This document shows, in pieces, positions 37,333-51,500 of a stretch of 64,000 bases of DNA; the stretch's first letter is position 1; every line of letters starts with the position of its first letter. Source of the stretch: Heteronotia binoei (Eukaryota); NCBI RefSeq assembly GCF_032191835.1, contig NC_083239.1, forward strand, positions 22,382,001-22,446,000. The letters run 5' to 3'. The notes under the pieces were generated by a model. That model had not been told where the DNA came from and did no database searches. It saw only the letters and a program-made list of their open reading frames with translations. The position numbers and the translations under genes were made by a program.

Positions 37333-40300
37333 TTATACTGGGGTTCCTTCCTTCTGCACTGCTTGATCCTTGGCTGCTCTGGCACGCACTTCCCTCTGCT
37401 TCAGTTTCTCGAGGGCTTTCTGCTTCTTTACCTCTTCAAAGACCTGGAAGAGTTAACAAAAGGAAGAGAAATGGAGACAGGTGAGCGGGTGTTTGATCTG
37501 ATGCAAACCTGGGTAAAGCACAAAACAAGTCCATGTTTCTATTGCATTTAATCTGTTGCTTGTGAGCCCTCTTGACGATAATTTAATAAAAAAGGGTGGA
37601 CACAAATCTTTGCAAAGAAACTACTTTTTTTAAAGCATCAAGCCTCTGCAACTGGTCACTGCCCGTAGCAGCTTGTGGCTTCTCAATCATGACTGCCATC
37701 CTGGACTTCCAGGGGCATTTGAAAGGGCTAAAACCTCTCTGTTGCTGCCTTTTGAGTGCTGATCAGGGAGGCTCTTAACACCCCCAGATCTAGAAGATAT
37801 GTTGCATTTATGATACTGTTCTCCCACAATAAACATGTCAAACAATTTTTTTTCCAAGGAATGCTGGACTATGGCTAGCCATATAAATGCACTTAGTCAT
37901 TAGTGCTCCCTTGCCCTGCAAAGAGAAGTGCATTTGCTATCTGGTCTCCAAGCCCATTCCTAATCACAAATTGACAGGTGAGACAGTTTCTTTATCACTT
38001 CAGAGTGGGGCTAGCTGGTTTTCCATAGGTCACTGGACAAATCTAGCTGCTTGCCTGTTAACTCCTTTCAAATTTGCTTCCTAAATTCATCTTCCTATGC
38101 TCCACATGGCTATTCTGTCTGTTCCAGCCCATGTTCTCTGTTATGTGTAAGCTGAGCTTTCCAATATCCCAAAGCAGGGATCCCTAATGTGGTGTCCACC
38201 AAGTACTTTTAGAACATGGCTGGAGCTGTGGGGCTTTTGCCCAGCAGAGTGTCTGATTCGCTGGAGAGATGAAAAGGCATTCTGCTAAAATGGTGAAGAG
38301 GTACTATTAGAGTTACACATAACCTTGCTCCCTGACAGTTTGTGACTGGCTCTGTCTTCTGTGGCAGCCATTTTGTGGTTGGCTTCACCTCCTGTAGCAG
38401 TCATTTTGTAATTGTTCCTGCTGCCCTGTGCCAGAACTTCAAATGTGCTTGCAAACTCAAAAAGGTTAGGGATCTCTGGTCCAGAGGCAGCTGCCTGGGA
38501 AACCAGAACCAGGCACTGTCTACGTTCTGTCAAGTCTGGCTATAACTCTGGCTCAAATATAGAGCATGCTGGGTAGAACCAAAGTGTAACCAAATGCTGC
38601 TAGCAAATCCTCTCCTGTTCCCCCCTCCTCTTAGAGAATATTCCTGCTTTGAAATGGTGATGTGTGAAAAGTCTTATCTGAGCCTTCTCAGCCCAGGCTC
38701 GGGGGAGAGGAAAGAGCCTGAGAGCATCAAGGCCAACTCGGCCTCTAATCAACATGAGAATGTATTTGTAATATCTATGTGTGAATGTCCTCTGCACAAC
38801 TCCCCTACCCATAGGAATCCCTTTGAAGTATACCTTATATGCAATGTATCTACTGTATGTCCTTTAGTCTTTTCAAGCCTTGGCTTAAGCCACAAGTATT
38901 CAGTATCAATAAAATAGTTTCTTTGTACCTACATCGACTCATCATTGAATCTGCAGACTTGACACCTACCCTTATGCATAAGGCTTTCTTCACCACCCAG
39001 CGCCGGGTGGCCCTCCGGCAGTATGGCAGGGGGAAAGTGTACTCAATGTCCAGCTGCTTACATGTATTCTCAAAAACATCATACTCTCTTTTGCGCAGGG
39101 TCTTCAGCAGCAGCTTCCGCCGGTCAATGACCATCATCATTTGGCGACGGTTTTCTTTGTCCTGGGGAAGAGCAGAGGTTTATTTACTGCAGGGCTATCA
39201 GCTGATAATTACTCAACTATTTTATTAATTCCCTGCTTAAATTTAGTCACATATTGCAAAGCTTCAATGGAGGCAATGTGCTGAAGAAAGGATGCTGCTG
39301 CCCCAGTAAAAGATTTCAGTGGACATAAACTGCAGTGGTTTCTTGGTAGAAGGAAAGTGCTTTGTTCATCATAGTTGAAACATGAAACACTGCAGCTCAG
39401 TGTGGCTTCCAAAACAAACAATCCTATTTTATTATATATACAAAGATCATATATATAAAAAGCTGCCTTGTATCAGAGCAGAGCATCATCCACCAAGCTC
39501 AGCACTGTCCACTCTGACTGGCAAGTGCTCTGCAGGTTTCCAGATGGAGAAACATCTATCCTACTGCCAGAGACTGAATCTCAGGCCTTCAGCCCACAAG
39601 GCAGGTGTCTCTGCCACTGGGCCACAGTCCTTCCAGGATCAAAAAGACATTTTAATCTGAACAAAGCCTCTAGTAGTTGGCACAGTAGAGAATGAGCTGT
39701 GAGCATCTGCTTGACATGCCAAAAGCCCCAGGTTCACTTCCCAATATCACCAGTTAAAAGGATCAAGTAGAGTATGATGTGATAGACCTCTGCTTTAGAC
39801 CCTGGAGAACTGCTGCCAGCTGGGCAGACAATACTGGCCTTGCTGGACCAACAGTTTGTTTCAGTATAAGGCAGCTTCATGGGCTTGTGATCAACGCAAA
39901 CTACAGCAATTTCAGGTTACTTCTGGAGACACATCTCTCATCAAGTTGCAGCTGACTTATGATGATCCCATCAGGGTTTTCAAGGCAAGAGATGAACAGA
40001 AGTGGTTTGCCATTGCCTGCCTCTGCCTAGTGACTTCCCTGGTTGTCTCCCATCCAAGTACTAACCAGAGCCAACCCTGCTTAGCTTCCAAGATCTGGCC
40101 AACCAGATCAGGGTCAGGGCACATATCTCATAAGTAAATAGTAACATATAAACAACTAGCTTCAAAGATCACCTTGTGGTGCTTCTGTAGGTGTTCCTGG
40201 AGTGCGCGGATCCTGGCCGTCAAGTAGGCAACTAGAATGACAAACAAAGTCAGTGTAGGAAACAGCCATCCGGGACTGCTTGTAATGGAATGTTTTCTTT

Positions 40301-43300
40301 TTTCCCTTTTTTGGGGTGTATGCTATCAAGTCACAGCTGCTTTATTGCAAACTTGTGGGGTTTACACCTACTTTAAAAACTGCACTTGAATAGGCATATC
40401 TTTGGGTGTATTCACCATGGGATTTATCACCACGTTACTGCTGAATGTGCCCCAATCTCTCTAGTGTTTGGACTTAACCAAAGCCAGTTTGGTCTTATAT
40501 TGCTGCAGAAATGTCCGGCAATGGATTACCACTGCTTCCCTATGGCAGCTTGCAAGAGACACTGTGAACAGTTTGAGGGTAAAATGTAATGATTCATGCC
40601 TTTTGAGGAAGAAATCAGTGGTGAGCATATCTCTTCTCAACGTTCTAGTTGCCTACATCTGGGAAGCAGTGTCCTCCATCCTTTTGGATTTTTGCCTTGA
40701 TCTAAATGTGCTGCTGGTGAGACAAATGCATTCACCTGAGGGTCTATGCACCTGCACGGCATCTCATATGAACTGCCTTCTAGTCTTGAAGCAGCCCAGT
40801 TTAAATGGGACACTATGCTTGTGTAAAGTCCCATGGAAAAGTGCTTTTGCTTCAGCCAGCATCGTATTTAAATAAGTTCCCTCTGCAAGGGACTCTGTGA
40901 CAGCCACTACTTCTCAGCTGCAGGTAAAAGAGAAGGGGAACAAAAGTTTGCTTCTCACTGAACAGGCTGGGCAAGCAGTAACAAAGCAGCAGGTGAAAAC
41001 TGTGGATACTGAAACTGATAAGTGCAAATCCCACTTGATAACATTGTTAAGAAGTCAAATCAAATCCTGCCTGGCTTGACTGCACCCAAAGAGCATGAAT
41101 AAGTTGCTGCTCTTGTTCACAAAGGAACAGAAGGGACAAAGAGGATGTGCCCATGACCTCAAGCTTTTTCATATGGGACAGGAGGCAAGCAAACCACTAC
41201 TAGAATCACACATGCGCTCTATGCAGGGCTGGGGGTTGAAGGAGGACCGCTGAGTGCCAAGAAACCATCCAGAGCAGCCTTTTCCCAACACTGGCTTTTG
41301 CCAAGCAGCAGTCAATTGCAGCTGCTTGTGAAAAAATGTTCTTCTGACAGCTCTGCTTCCTGCCGCATAACTTTCTTGCCACTGTTGCTTCATTGTGGTT
41401 TTGAAACCTGGAGCTGCAAGAGGTGCAGGCGGAAACGGATGTTTCTATGCAACAATGACAGGCTGCAAATGGGAAGTGCCCTGCAATATTTTAGTCCCTT
41501 CTGAAACACTCCAGACTGAGTAGCAACAAAAAAATACCGAGACTATTCCATCAGTTCTAAGTCCCATCCAATTAAACAGATAAAAATGTAAAGCAAAGCT
41601 TCCCTGCTCATCAACAACTCAACCAAAAAGATCTTATAGCTTTAAGATGCTCATCCTCAGAATCTGGTGACTCTTCCAGCACAGGTAGTATCACAGAGGT
41701 GGGATCAAATCCAGGAAATAGCTGGAGCTTGCTCAATAGGTGGCTGTCCAGCCTCTGCCAGAAGACCTGGCAGAATAGAAAGCTGCTATGTTGCTATCCA
41801 AATGCGAAGCACTAAAGGAAATTTCTAATCTTGTCACAGGCTCACAGGACAGGCTCTGGGTGGTAGAGAAAGATGAGATAAGCTCCAGCTGGATTTAACC
41901 TTATGATTTGCCCTGCTCAATTACACAAATGGAGAAAAGAATCTGCCCTGCTCTCAAGAACATTTCTTTTTTTGTGTGTGACAAATGATTGGAAATCCTG
42001 ATGGTAGGGGGACAGCTATGAGATTCCACTAAGGAAGTTATTCTTTTCAGATGAGTTGGCAGCATCCTGACATCTGTTCCTTCTTTGTTCTAACAGAATT
42101 TGCATCTGTCACAGGGAAGGAAGAAACTTTTTAAGGGTTCCTTCTGAAATAAAATAACCTTATTTGAACTGGTTTGTTTTAACATCAGGATGCTTCCTCT
42201 GTAAACTTCTACCCAAAGTGACTGCATCACAGCAAGCCTGATCTGATTTGCTTTATTCTCACACGAGCAGCAGAAAGCAGCATTAGGTGGAGGAAAGTGC
42301 TGTCAAGTCACAGCCGACATGGCAGCCCTGTACAGTTTGAGGCAAGAGATATTTAGAGGTTGTTTGCCATTGCTTGCCTCTGCATAGCAACCCAGTCTTC
42401 CTTAGTGGTGTCCCTTCCAAGTACTAATTAGCATTGACCCTGCTTAGCTTCTGAGATCTACTGAGTTTGGGGTAGCCTGGGTACTTCGGAAGAAAATATA
42501 GACCTTGCTTATGCACCTTTAAGAAAAAAAAGGAGTAGCCAATAGCATCCATTCACAAGGAGGAACTTACTCATAAGATTCAGAGGAGGAAAAAATTCTT
42601 CTCCAGTTCAAGCACCTACAGTCTCTGAAATACAAGAGATTTCTTCCTATACTGCACAGTGCATGAGGTTAGGTATTGCTCCTCTTTGACCAAGTTCCTT
42701 CTCGAGTTTCTTTGTCGTTTTACCGGCTCTCTTGGTTTCAACAACACAGGAATTTGTGAACATTATGGATTTGAAAATCAACACTTCACTGTGTGAACTT
42801 GGCTTAACACTGTTCTGTAGGTCAGATGCACTTTAGAACAAAGGAGACCTTTCTGATTTCCCCGATCAATGTTGCAAGGCTCATATAGGACACTGAAATA
42901 CAGCCGGATATTTCTGCTTACTTTGAACTTCAAGAGAACCACAGTCATTGGGGGATCGCCGCACTTTATCAGCCAGCTGTTCTTTCTTTATTTTCACTTT
43001 CTCCCTCTGCAAGCAAAAAGGGAAGACACAAAGCTTATCTGGGGTCACTGTCCGTGAGTTCTCTGATGTGCAGTGTAACTGTGGAGAGGCTGGGAAGAAA
43101 GTGATCTAGCCTTTATTGGAAATATTACATCTAGTACTAAGGGCATCTCCTCAGCCTACAGCATAAGTAGGAGTTGTGCTTTCAGGACTCTAGAGCACTA
43201 CAGAACTATTAGAACTGTTGTTTTGATGTTTTTGTATGAGCATTTTAGCTTGGTTTTAATTGTGTGTTTTTGTTTGGTTTTAATAGTTTTTAAGACATGC

Positions 43301-46300
43301 TTTAATTATATATGCATGTTTTTAATGTTAGCCTTCTTGGTGGGCCTGATGACAGCAGAAAGGTGAGGTATAAATTCTGTAAAAAAGCAAATAAAGCTTG
43401 GATAGTCTTGTTCCAAAATCAAAGTCACACATGTAACACAAAACTGACCTTACTAGCCATTTCCAACGACAGCATTCTTTTCACGACCTCATCTACCCTA
43501 TGGGAAGAAAGCACAGAGAGCCTCTTGGTTTCCACTCCTTGGACAGTTTAGCATTTTGAGAGCAGCCTCAAGAAATTTTAAGGTAAAGGAAATTATGTTC
43601 TTTGAGATTCAGAATAACTCAGTCTTGACAGCCTACTTTTGTTCTAGAATTTCAGTGTAAGCAAAGGAGAAACATGTAAAAGGAGGGACAAGTTTAACAG
43701 GATCAGGAGATCATGATGGCTCCCCTCCATTATTCCACCTAGTAAAATGCCTTAGTACCCTCTTCTCCATCCTTCGCTGAGTCATAATTAGAGAAACCAT
43801 AGAGTTAATGGCAACACAATGCTGCATAAGCACCATCTAGCTTTATCATTTCCTCTGTCACCTTCCTTTGATACAACTCTTGGCTTTATAAACCTTACTT
43901 GTCAATATCTGGGACCTTGGCATATTTTTTCATCAACATTGTAGGAGGAAGGTCATCCAAATGGCTGCTGATTTCTGCAAAAAACAGACATATATAAGCA
44001 AAAGTGCTGCCTTTGATTAAAATTACTCTAGTTTAGGGACCAGCTGAATATTTCTGGACCTAATAAGACGGTGCCTGAGCAGACTATAAAGACAGCTTTC
44101 TCCAGCCCTTGGCAGATATAGAATAGAGAATCTCCCATGTAGGGAGATTCCTGCTGAGAACACTTTAGTGGCCCAGAAGTCATAAGGAAACTAGCTCAAC
44201 ATTTTTACTGAGCTAACAATATACACAGAATGGGCAGTGAATCTGTTTCAGTCTAGTCAGGAACTTTTCAAAAGGCAAAACATTTCATTTCTTCTACCAA
44301 GGTTCAGGAAGAGAGACTAATCATCTCCAGGATAGGTCAGAACAGGATCTGGATCCCAAACATGGGAGATGACAAATTCCACCAGTCCTACTGCATTAAT
44401 AGCACACAACACCAAAATTTTGGGGAGGCACAGAAGAAAACTGCAAAATAATTCAGAATACACACCTGGCTTCCTTTTCCGGACAGCCCTGGGATAACCC
44501 CTAGCTGTTTGAAATAGTGGACACTTACCTAAACAGAGAAAGAGTTGTTATAAAAGTGGCATTTCACATATTTAAAAAAAAATTAATGCAACACTGAGGC
44601 TGGGACTAGACCAGCAGTTTAAGCCAACACAGGGACAGCTAGCAAATCGATTAAAAAATCAAGTCCAAACGTGCACATCTGTCTTCCATCCCGCTCCTGT
44701 ACTCGCCCCGTCCTCTGGTGTCTCTGAGGTGGCTCAAAAAGCTACCACTTAGGAAGCGGTAACAAATTCTGCTGCTGCATGCTATCTGCCTTTCCGGGTG
44801 TCTGAATGCGAGACCACGCAAGTGAGGTGGATTGGCAGTGTGAACCCTCCAGTCTGCTCTAGGTGCTCACTGGTATTCTTTTTAAAAAATCTGTCCCAGT
44901 GCATGGCCACTAAAAATGTAAGGAAAAAAAGAAATCAAAACCGCACTAAGGGGATGGTGTGCAACAACTGTCTGACTGTGCCAAAGTGCCTTCCTGCAAG
45001 ATATGGGCGCTTTGCAGGGGAGCATCTGAATGGGCTTCAACTGCTCCTTTCTGAACCAGCCCAATTTGGGATGCCTCTTGTGCACCCGAAACTGCCTGCC
45101 TGGACCCAGCCTGAGAGCAGAATTTTCTTTCTGAGTAGTTAATGAACAACAGAGCTGAACTTCCAAGTATTTTCTCTTTCTTTGGACAGTTTGAACAGCC
45201 CTGCCATTCTGAGAATGTCATCCCCACGAGGGGCTCATTTTTAAGCTCTGAAAGACAGTTTCAGATAGTATGAAATGCAGCTTGATTTACTTGTGGGGAT
45301 GATTTCTATAATACCAGTGCTGAAAGAACATAATTGGACACTAATCAAAGTCCATGTTCAATTCAAAAGGCTGCTTAAAGTTTCACCTGCTCTGATTCCC
45401 TCTACTCTCAGTACAACATTCCCACTCGTTATGCCCAGTTCAAGCTGTAGGTACTGCTTGTCCAGAGTTTCTAAGCCCAGAATGGCACTGTTTTTATGCC
45501 ATGCTGTATATGCAAAAGAAACCCTCTTTGAATTACATGTCCCTCCCCTTCATCTCCTCCTTCATGCCTCCTATTCTTCCCTTCCCACCTTGGCTTAGTT
45601 CCAATATTTCTATGTAGATTTGCTAAAATTTGCTCACCAGGAGGCATGGCTCATCTCCTGAGAGGAGTTTAGTGGCAGGAAGGAACTAGAATATGTAAGT
45701 CTGGAAGGTCTTGTGGTTTTTTGTGACCTAGGATAGACTTCAAATTGGATCTTTCAGTTTAAAGGATTTCCAAGCAAAGGAAAGTACATATGAACATATA
45801 TGAACATATGAAGCTGCCTTATACTAAATTAGACCTTTGGTCCATCAAAGTCAGTATTGTCTTCTCAGACCGGCAGCGGCTCTCCAGGGTCTCAAGCTGA
45901 GGTTTTTCACACCTATTTGCCTGGACCCTTTTTTGGAGATGCCAGGGATTGAACCTGGGACCTTCTGCTTCCCAAGAAGATGCTCTACCACTGAGCCACC
46001 GTCCCTCCCCAAAGTAAAAAGTGGGCTAAAGATTACTTAATGTGCTTTAATAGCTGTTTGGTGCACATTCAATCACATTGGTCTGCCTACAGTTCAAAAT
46101 GCTGATAAGTGCATCAAGGGATGGTTACTAAGGTGTCCTGGGCTGGTATGGCTACTCTCTCCAGCACCAATGTTACAGGCAGAACCTCGCTAGGTGATGT
46201 CTTTCTCAACACCGTACTCCAGCTCTGTGTAGGAAATAGGCTTAACTGCTGAGTTTCTGCTTAGCGGGCACAGAGACACAGCTATTGCCAGCAACATGAT

Positions 46301-46895
46301 TACCTCCTTCATCCCCTGGTTTGAGTACTTCAGCAGCAGAACTCCCCGAGACTGGGAACAGGATGAAGCGCATCAAGCGTTCACTATGCATCATGCCTCC
46401 ACAAGGACAAGCTGCACTACTGGCACCTCAAGGTTGCACACCCGTATTAAGGCTGTTCTTTTTGCTCTGATTTTTTAAAAATGGATTTATGCATTTTAAA
46501 ACCCGTGTTGGAGCAAAAGGGACTTTATAAGGAATAAAAATGAACAATGCAGCCAAGCAATTCTGATCTGAATTAGGTTTTGTAGCAGGGTTGCCAACTC
46601 TGGGCTGGGAGATTTGAGGGGCGGAGTCTAGGGACGGCGGAATTTGAGGAGAGCAGACACCTCAGTGGGTATGCGATCCATAAAATTTACCCTGGCAAAG
46701 CTGCCTCCAGGGGAGCTGATCTCCTTACTATGGAGATAGCTGCAATTCCGGAAGAACTCCCGGCCCCACCTGGTGGTTAGCAGCCCTGAGTCCGGAATGC
46801 GCACAGCCGAGAGCCTTACTGGGGATCCCTGCCGCTGTCATCGCCGTTGTTGCATTCCACCCCCGCAACAGCGCCGTCGTTAAGCCTCGCAACAT
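37333..46895 (-). CDS. MRPS15: Mitochondrial ribosomal protein S15 / uS15m (236 aa)
   Basis: Exons (minus): 46820-46895, 44466-44528, 43899-43974, 43449-43497, 42922-43006, 40173-40231, 38970-39161, 37333-37443, total 711 nt. Core [14 protein letters not shown]...[22 protein letters not shown]...[18 protein letters not shown] at 37285-37290. Exons 1-2 are less certain than exons 3-8. Confidence 0.93.
38528..38964 (+). mobile_element. Solo LTR (437 bp) related to the 6684-12562 element
   Basis: TGTCAAG...CTTGACA. Shares ctgggtag...accaaatg, aataaa and gactc(a/g)tcattgaa blocks with the full-length LTR. The TSD is degenerate (cgttc / cctac). Confidence 0.85.
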
Positions 46896-47310
46896 TGCCA
46901 CACTGCGTTGCAGCCACCACCGTACTTTCCTTGCTCAGGTAGTGGGCGCCGCCATCTTGTAACGTCAGACGCCGGGGAGTACCGATAGCATCGATCGGAG
47001 GCAGAAGAAGTGGCTCGCCTACTGCGATAATTGACAACCAAGGGCAACCTCTTTCCAAGGTCTTGGCTCTTTGGAGCCCCAGGGGGGCGTTTCAAGAAGC
47101 TACCATATTTGCATAGGGAGCCCCGCCCCCTAGCGAAAGTTGAGATTGGTGCGCTGAAGGTTCTTTGGAGCCCATAGAATGGAATGGCCACAGATTTGCA
47201 AAGAAGCGAGGTTCGGGGAGGAGAGGAGGGAATAGCCTGCGTACCTTTGTTGTAACCTCTAGTGGGATCACTGTGGAGTTCTCCGAGAATCACAGCTAAA
47301 CTAGACTTCA
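46790..47310 (-). promoter_or_regulatory. MRPS15 CpG-island promoter
   Basis: CpG-rich, with a YY1-type AAGATGGCGG on the minus strand at about 46949-46958, an octamer ATTTGCAT at about 47107 and a GC box at about 47121. Confidence 0.75.
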
Positions 47311-47639
47311 GACATATGAAGCTGCCTTCTATTGAATCAGACCTTTGGTCCATCAAAGTCAGTATTGTCTTCTCAGACTGGCAGCGGCTCTCCAGGGTCT
47401 CAAGCTGAGGTTTTGCACACCTATTTGCCTGGACCCTTTTTTGGAGATGCCAGGGATTGAATCTGGGACCTTCTGCTTCCCAAGCAGATGCTCTACCACT
47501 GAGCCACCATCCCTCCCCAGACGACAGAGATCAATTCCTCTGGAGGAAATGCTTCAGAGGTTAAACGCTTATGGATTCTAGGCAGGGTTGCCAGGTCCAT
47601 TTCAAGAAATATTTGGGGTCTTTGGGGGTGGAGCAAAGC

Positions 47640-48570
47640 TGTGACAAACGTAATTTATTTATTTTGATTTGATTAGATTTGTATCCTGCCCTCCCTGCCG
47701 AAGCAGGCTCAGGGCAGCTCACAGCATAAAACATCACAGAGTTAAAACAATACATATTATAAAATAGTGCATTCTATAAAATTATACATTTAGAGATTAA
47801 AACAACATATCATTTGGTGCTCAGATCTAGATATTATCTTGTTCGATTTTACAGTGCAACGGTATTCCATCTATGATGTAGGCCCCGTATCAATTAAAGG
47901 CCAGCTGGAAGAGGATGGTTTTGCAGGCCCTGCAGAACTGACCAAGATTCCACAAGGCCCGCACCAGTGGGGGGCAGCGACTGAAAAGGCCCTTTCCCTG
48001 GTGACCTTCAATTTGGCCTCCTTCGGCCCGGGAATTACCAATAGAGTTTGAGAACCAGATCGAAGCACCCTCTGGGGAGTATATGGGAAGAGACGGTCCC
48101 TAAGGTAGGCAGGTCCTTATAGGCCATATAGGGCTTTAAAGGTAATAACTAGCACCTTGTAACAAATCTGGTACACTATTGGCAGCCAGTGCAGTTCCCG
48201 CAGCCCCGGCTGTATGTGCTCCCACTTAGGGAGCCCGAATAACAGCCTGGCCGCTGTGTTCTGCACCAGCTGCAGTTTCCAGGTTTGGCACAGGGGCAGT
48301 CTAACCTTGAGGTGACCGTTGCATGGATCACTGTTGCCAGGTCGTCACGCTCCAGGAAGGGGACCAACTGCCTCATCCGCCTAAGATGGAAAAAAGCAGA
48401 TTTAGCAGTGGCTGCTATCTGGGCCTCCATTGTTAAGGCAGGCCCCAGCAGCACCCCCAAACTTTAGACCTTGTGCGCCATTTTCAGTGGCACACCGTCA
48501 ATTGCTGGAAGGGGGATTTCCCTACCCAGACCACCCCAACTCAGGCAAAGGACCTCTGTCTTCACTGGAT
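47640..48570 (-). mobile_element. 5'-truncated L2-clade LINE
   Basis: MEAQIAATAKSAFFHLRR...DLATVIHATVTSRLD, the same family as 28400-29480. Confidence 0.8.
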
Positions 48571-51500
48571 TTAGCTTGAATTGCAAAGGAAGTTATGGAC
48601 ATCACATTTCAAGGGATCACACACCTTTTAAATGCCTTCCCTCCACTGGAAATAATGAAGGATAGGAGCACCTTCTTTTGGGGCTCCTAGAATTGGACCG
48701 CCTAGTCTAATCTTTTTGAAACTTGGCAGGTGCTTTGAGGAATGGCACTGGATGCTATGCTGTAAATCTGGTGCTTCAAAAAACAGCCCCCCCCAGATAC
48801 TGGCAGATAATTTTTCCATTATTCCCTATGGGAATCGGTCTCCGTAGGGAATAATGGAGTCCCCAGCAGACATTTCCCTCCCCCCGCCCCGGTTTTTGAT
48901 GACCCGGAAGTGGGGGGAAGGCCTCCAAATTGGGGGATCCCTTGTTCCCAGTCCCATCTGGGGATTAAACAACCAAAATGAAACACTGATAAGGGTGGCA
49001 GAGATACAAAGCAATGCTTCCGTGTATGCATTAGTCTCAATTGTGCTTCTGAAAGCTAACACAAAGTTAAAAAGGTAAAGGTAGTCCCCTGTGCAAGCAC
49101 CAGTAATTTCTGACTCTGGGGTGACGTCGCATCACGACGTTTTCAGGCAGACTTTTTTACGGGATGGTTTGCCATTGCCTTTCCCAGTCATCTACACTTA
49201 AATGAAGTTACTCTAACACAAAAATATAACTAGCCTTATTAAGATATATTTATAGAAAACGAAACATCAGCAGAAGAGCCAAACGCCTAATGACACACAC
49301 ACATATATATATATTTTAAAAAGTCCACAGAGGCAATTTCCTTTTTCTTAAGTCAATTTCATAGAAGGTGCAGATTTAGTCTTCCCTGAAGCAAATAGAA
49401 TGAAGGACCGTCTTAAGAATGCCAAGGGGAATGGGCGAACATCGGCTGGTCAATGTAGATTCTTAGACATGCAGGAAATTTCTGTTTTTACTGCATAAGA
49501 ACTAAACGAGGTATCCAGAAATTCAGAACCTGTTTTTTACAGTTCCAGATAGGTAACCTATCACTAGCAGCTTTCCTGGCATCTGGTTATTTTCAGAAAG
49601 TGGCTGGGGCCCAGTATGATTAGCCACTGAAGATCTGATTGGCTGTACAGACTAAAATAAAGTTGTTTTGGTGGCAGCTGCCACTATAGTGTTGGTTCTA
49701 TTCTGTTTCTCACTCATACTTCCCAGTGTATTGTTTAAATTACTTCTCGTCTTCCTTGCATGGGGACTTTCTCTGAGTGTTTTGCTCTGTCTCCTGCTGG
49801 CAAAATTCGAAAGGTGCCCTGAGGCTTAAAAAGGTTGGGACCTCTGAAGGGAGGAATGTTAGGGGACTTTCCTCACAAGGTTATTGTGACTGCACACACC
49901 ATGAAGAATCTTAATACAGCTTTATTTTGTAACATATGTATTTTTATATATACACAATAAATAGTGGTGGCAGGAAAAATAAAAAAGGCTGGAAGGGTTG
50001 CCTGCTTAAACTCTTGCCTACTTTGATCTTTTTACCTAGTCAGGTTGAGACAAAACCAGTCCTGCTTCCCACTACCCAAGCTGCTTCTCTTATTCAACCT
50101 TCTTTGTGGCTGGCCCTCTTGGCTGGCCCAAGGCTTTGCACTGCATTGGACATGTTGTGCCTCAGGGATGCCAGCCTCCAGGTTGGGCCTGGGGATCTCC
50201 TGGAATTAGAGCTCATCTCCAGACTACAGAGACCAGTTCCCCTGGAGAAAAAGGATACTTTGGATGGTGGACTCTGTGGCATTATACCCCACTGAGGTCC
50301 ATGTCCTCCTGAGGTCCCATCCCAAATCTTCAGGAATTGCCCAACCCAGAACTGACAACCCTACTCCAACCTCACCAGTGGCTGGGAGGGACCTGGCAAC
50401 CCTATTTCCATTATGCTGAACAGCACAACAATAATCAAGAACTGATCAGGGAAGGGTTTCCCCCCCCTGTTCCACTTCACTTCTTTACTTCTTCCTCTTT
50501 ACGCTCTGCCTATGGTCTGGGCAGCTCTCGAACACGGCCTGTTGGCCTCCCTCAGAAATGCACAAAGCAGCTCTTGTTTCTCCCCTGCTCTCTCTCTCTC
50601 ACACAGGTACAACAGTGAACACATACATACTGCCAGTTTTTGCCTCAATTTGTAAGAAAGAGCTACTAATGTACATTCACTTTATGAATGAACTTGAGTC
50701 CTGGTGCCTGGATAAATGTAAGGTTTGTATCACACATTCAGCTGTACATGCACTGATTGTAGCTTGAGAATCATTTGATGCACAGACAAAGAACAATTAA
50801 GTGCACACTGTACACGACCTGCATGTGTGTTCACTGTAACTTGTGGACAGGGCCACATTCTATGACATTTGCTTCTTGGTAGCAGGGAGTCATGGAATTG
50901 TTGTGCTCTATGCAGTTGTGCCAGTGGCTGTCACTATTGGGGTGGCCCAGCTTTTAAGAGGCAAGACTGTGGAGGAGCATTCATGTGGGACATACTTAAA
51001 AACTGTCCAGTGCAGACTGGCATGATACCATTGAGGCTTTCCAGAATGCTGTCTCTTTATGCACCTGTGTATTAAGTGGACTTCACTTCTCTGCTTATTT
51101 AGTTAGTTCCGCTGATTGCATTCCTGAGTTGATCTCCAGTTATGGGGAGAACTTTAATGAAAACTGTTCCCTTTCTAGTCAAAGTGCTTTATTAGTTTAT
51201 TTTCCAGTTGTGAACTGCATAATTACAAATTCACAATATATTTTTAAAAATGAATGAGTACTCATTTTGACTGCAAAAAAGAAGAGCAGCAGTTCAAGCC
51301 CCTCTTCCCACTGACAAGGTAGAAATGTGTGGACCCTGTCAGACAGCAGTGCGAAGGACTACAGTGAAATCCTAAACCAAATTACACCCTTGTAAATCCC
51401 TTGACATCAATGGGCTTTGAAGGGTGTGAGTCTGCTTCGGATTGCACTGTTAAGCAGAGAAGTAAATATGGCTGTAACAGCATATGAAACAGCAGAATGT

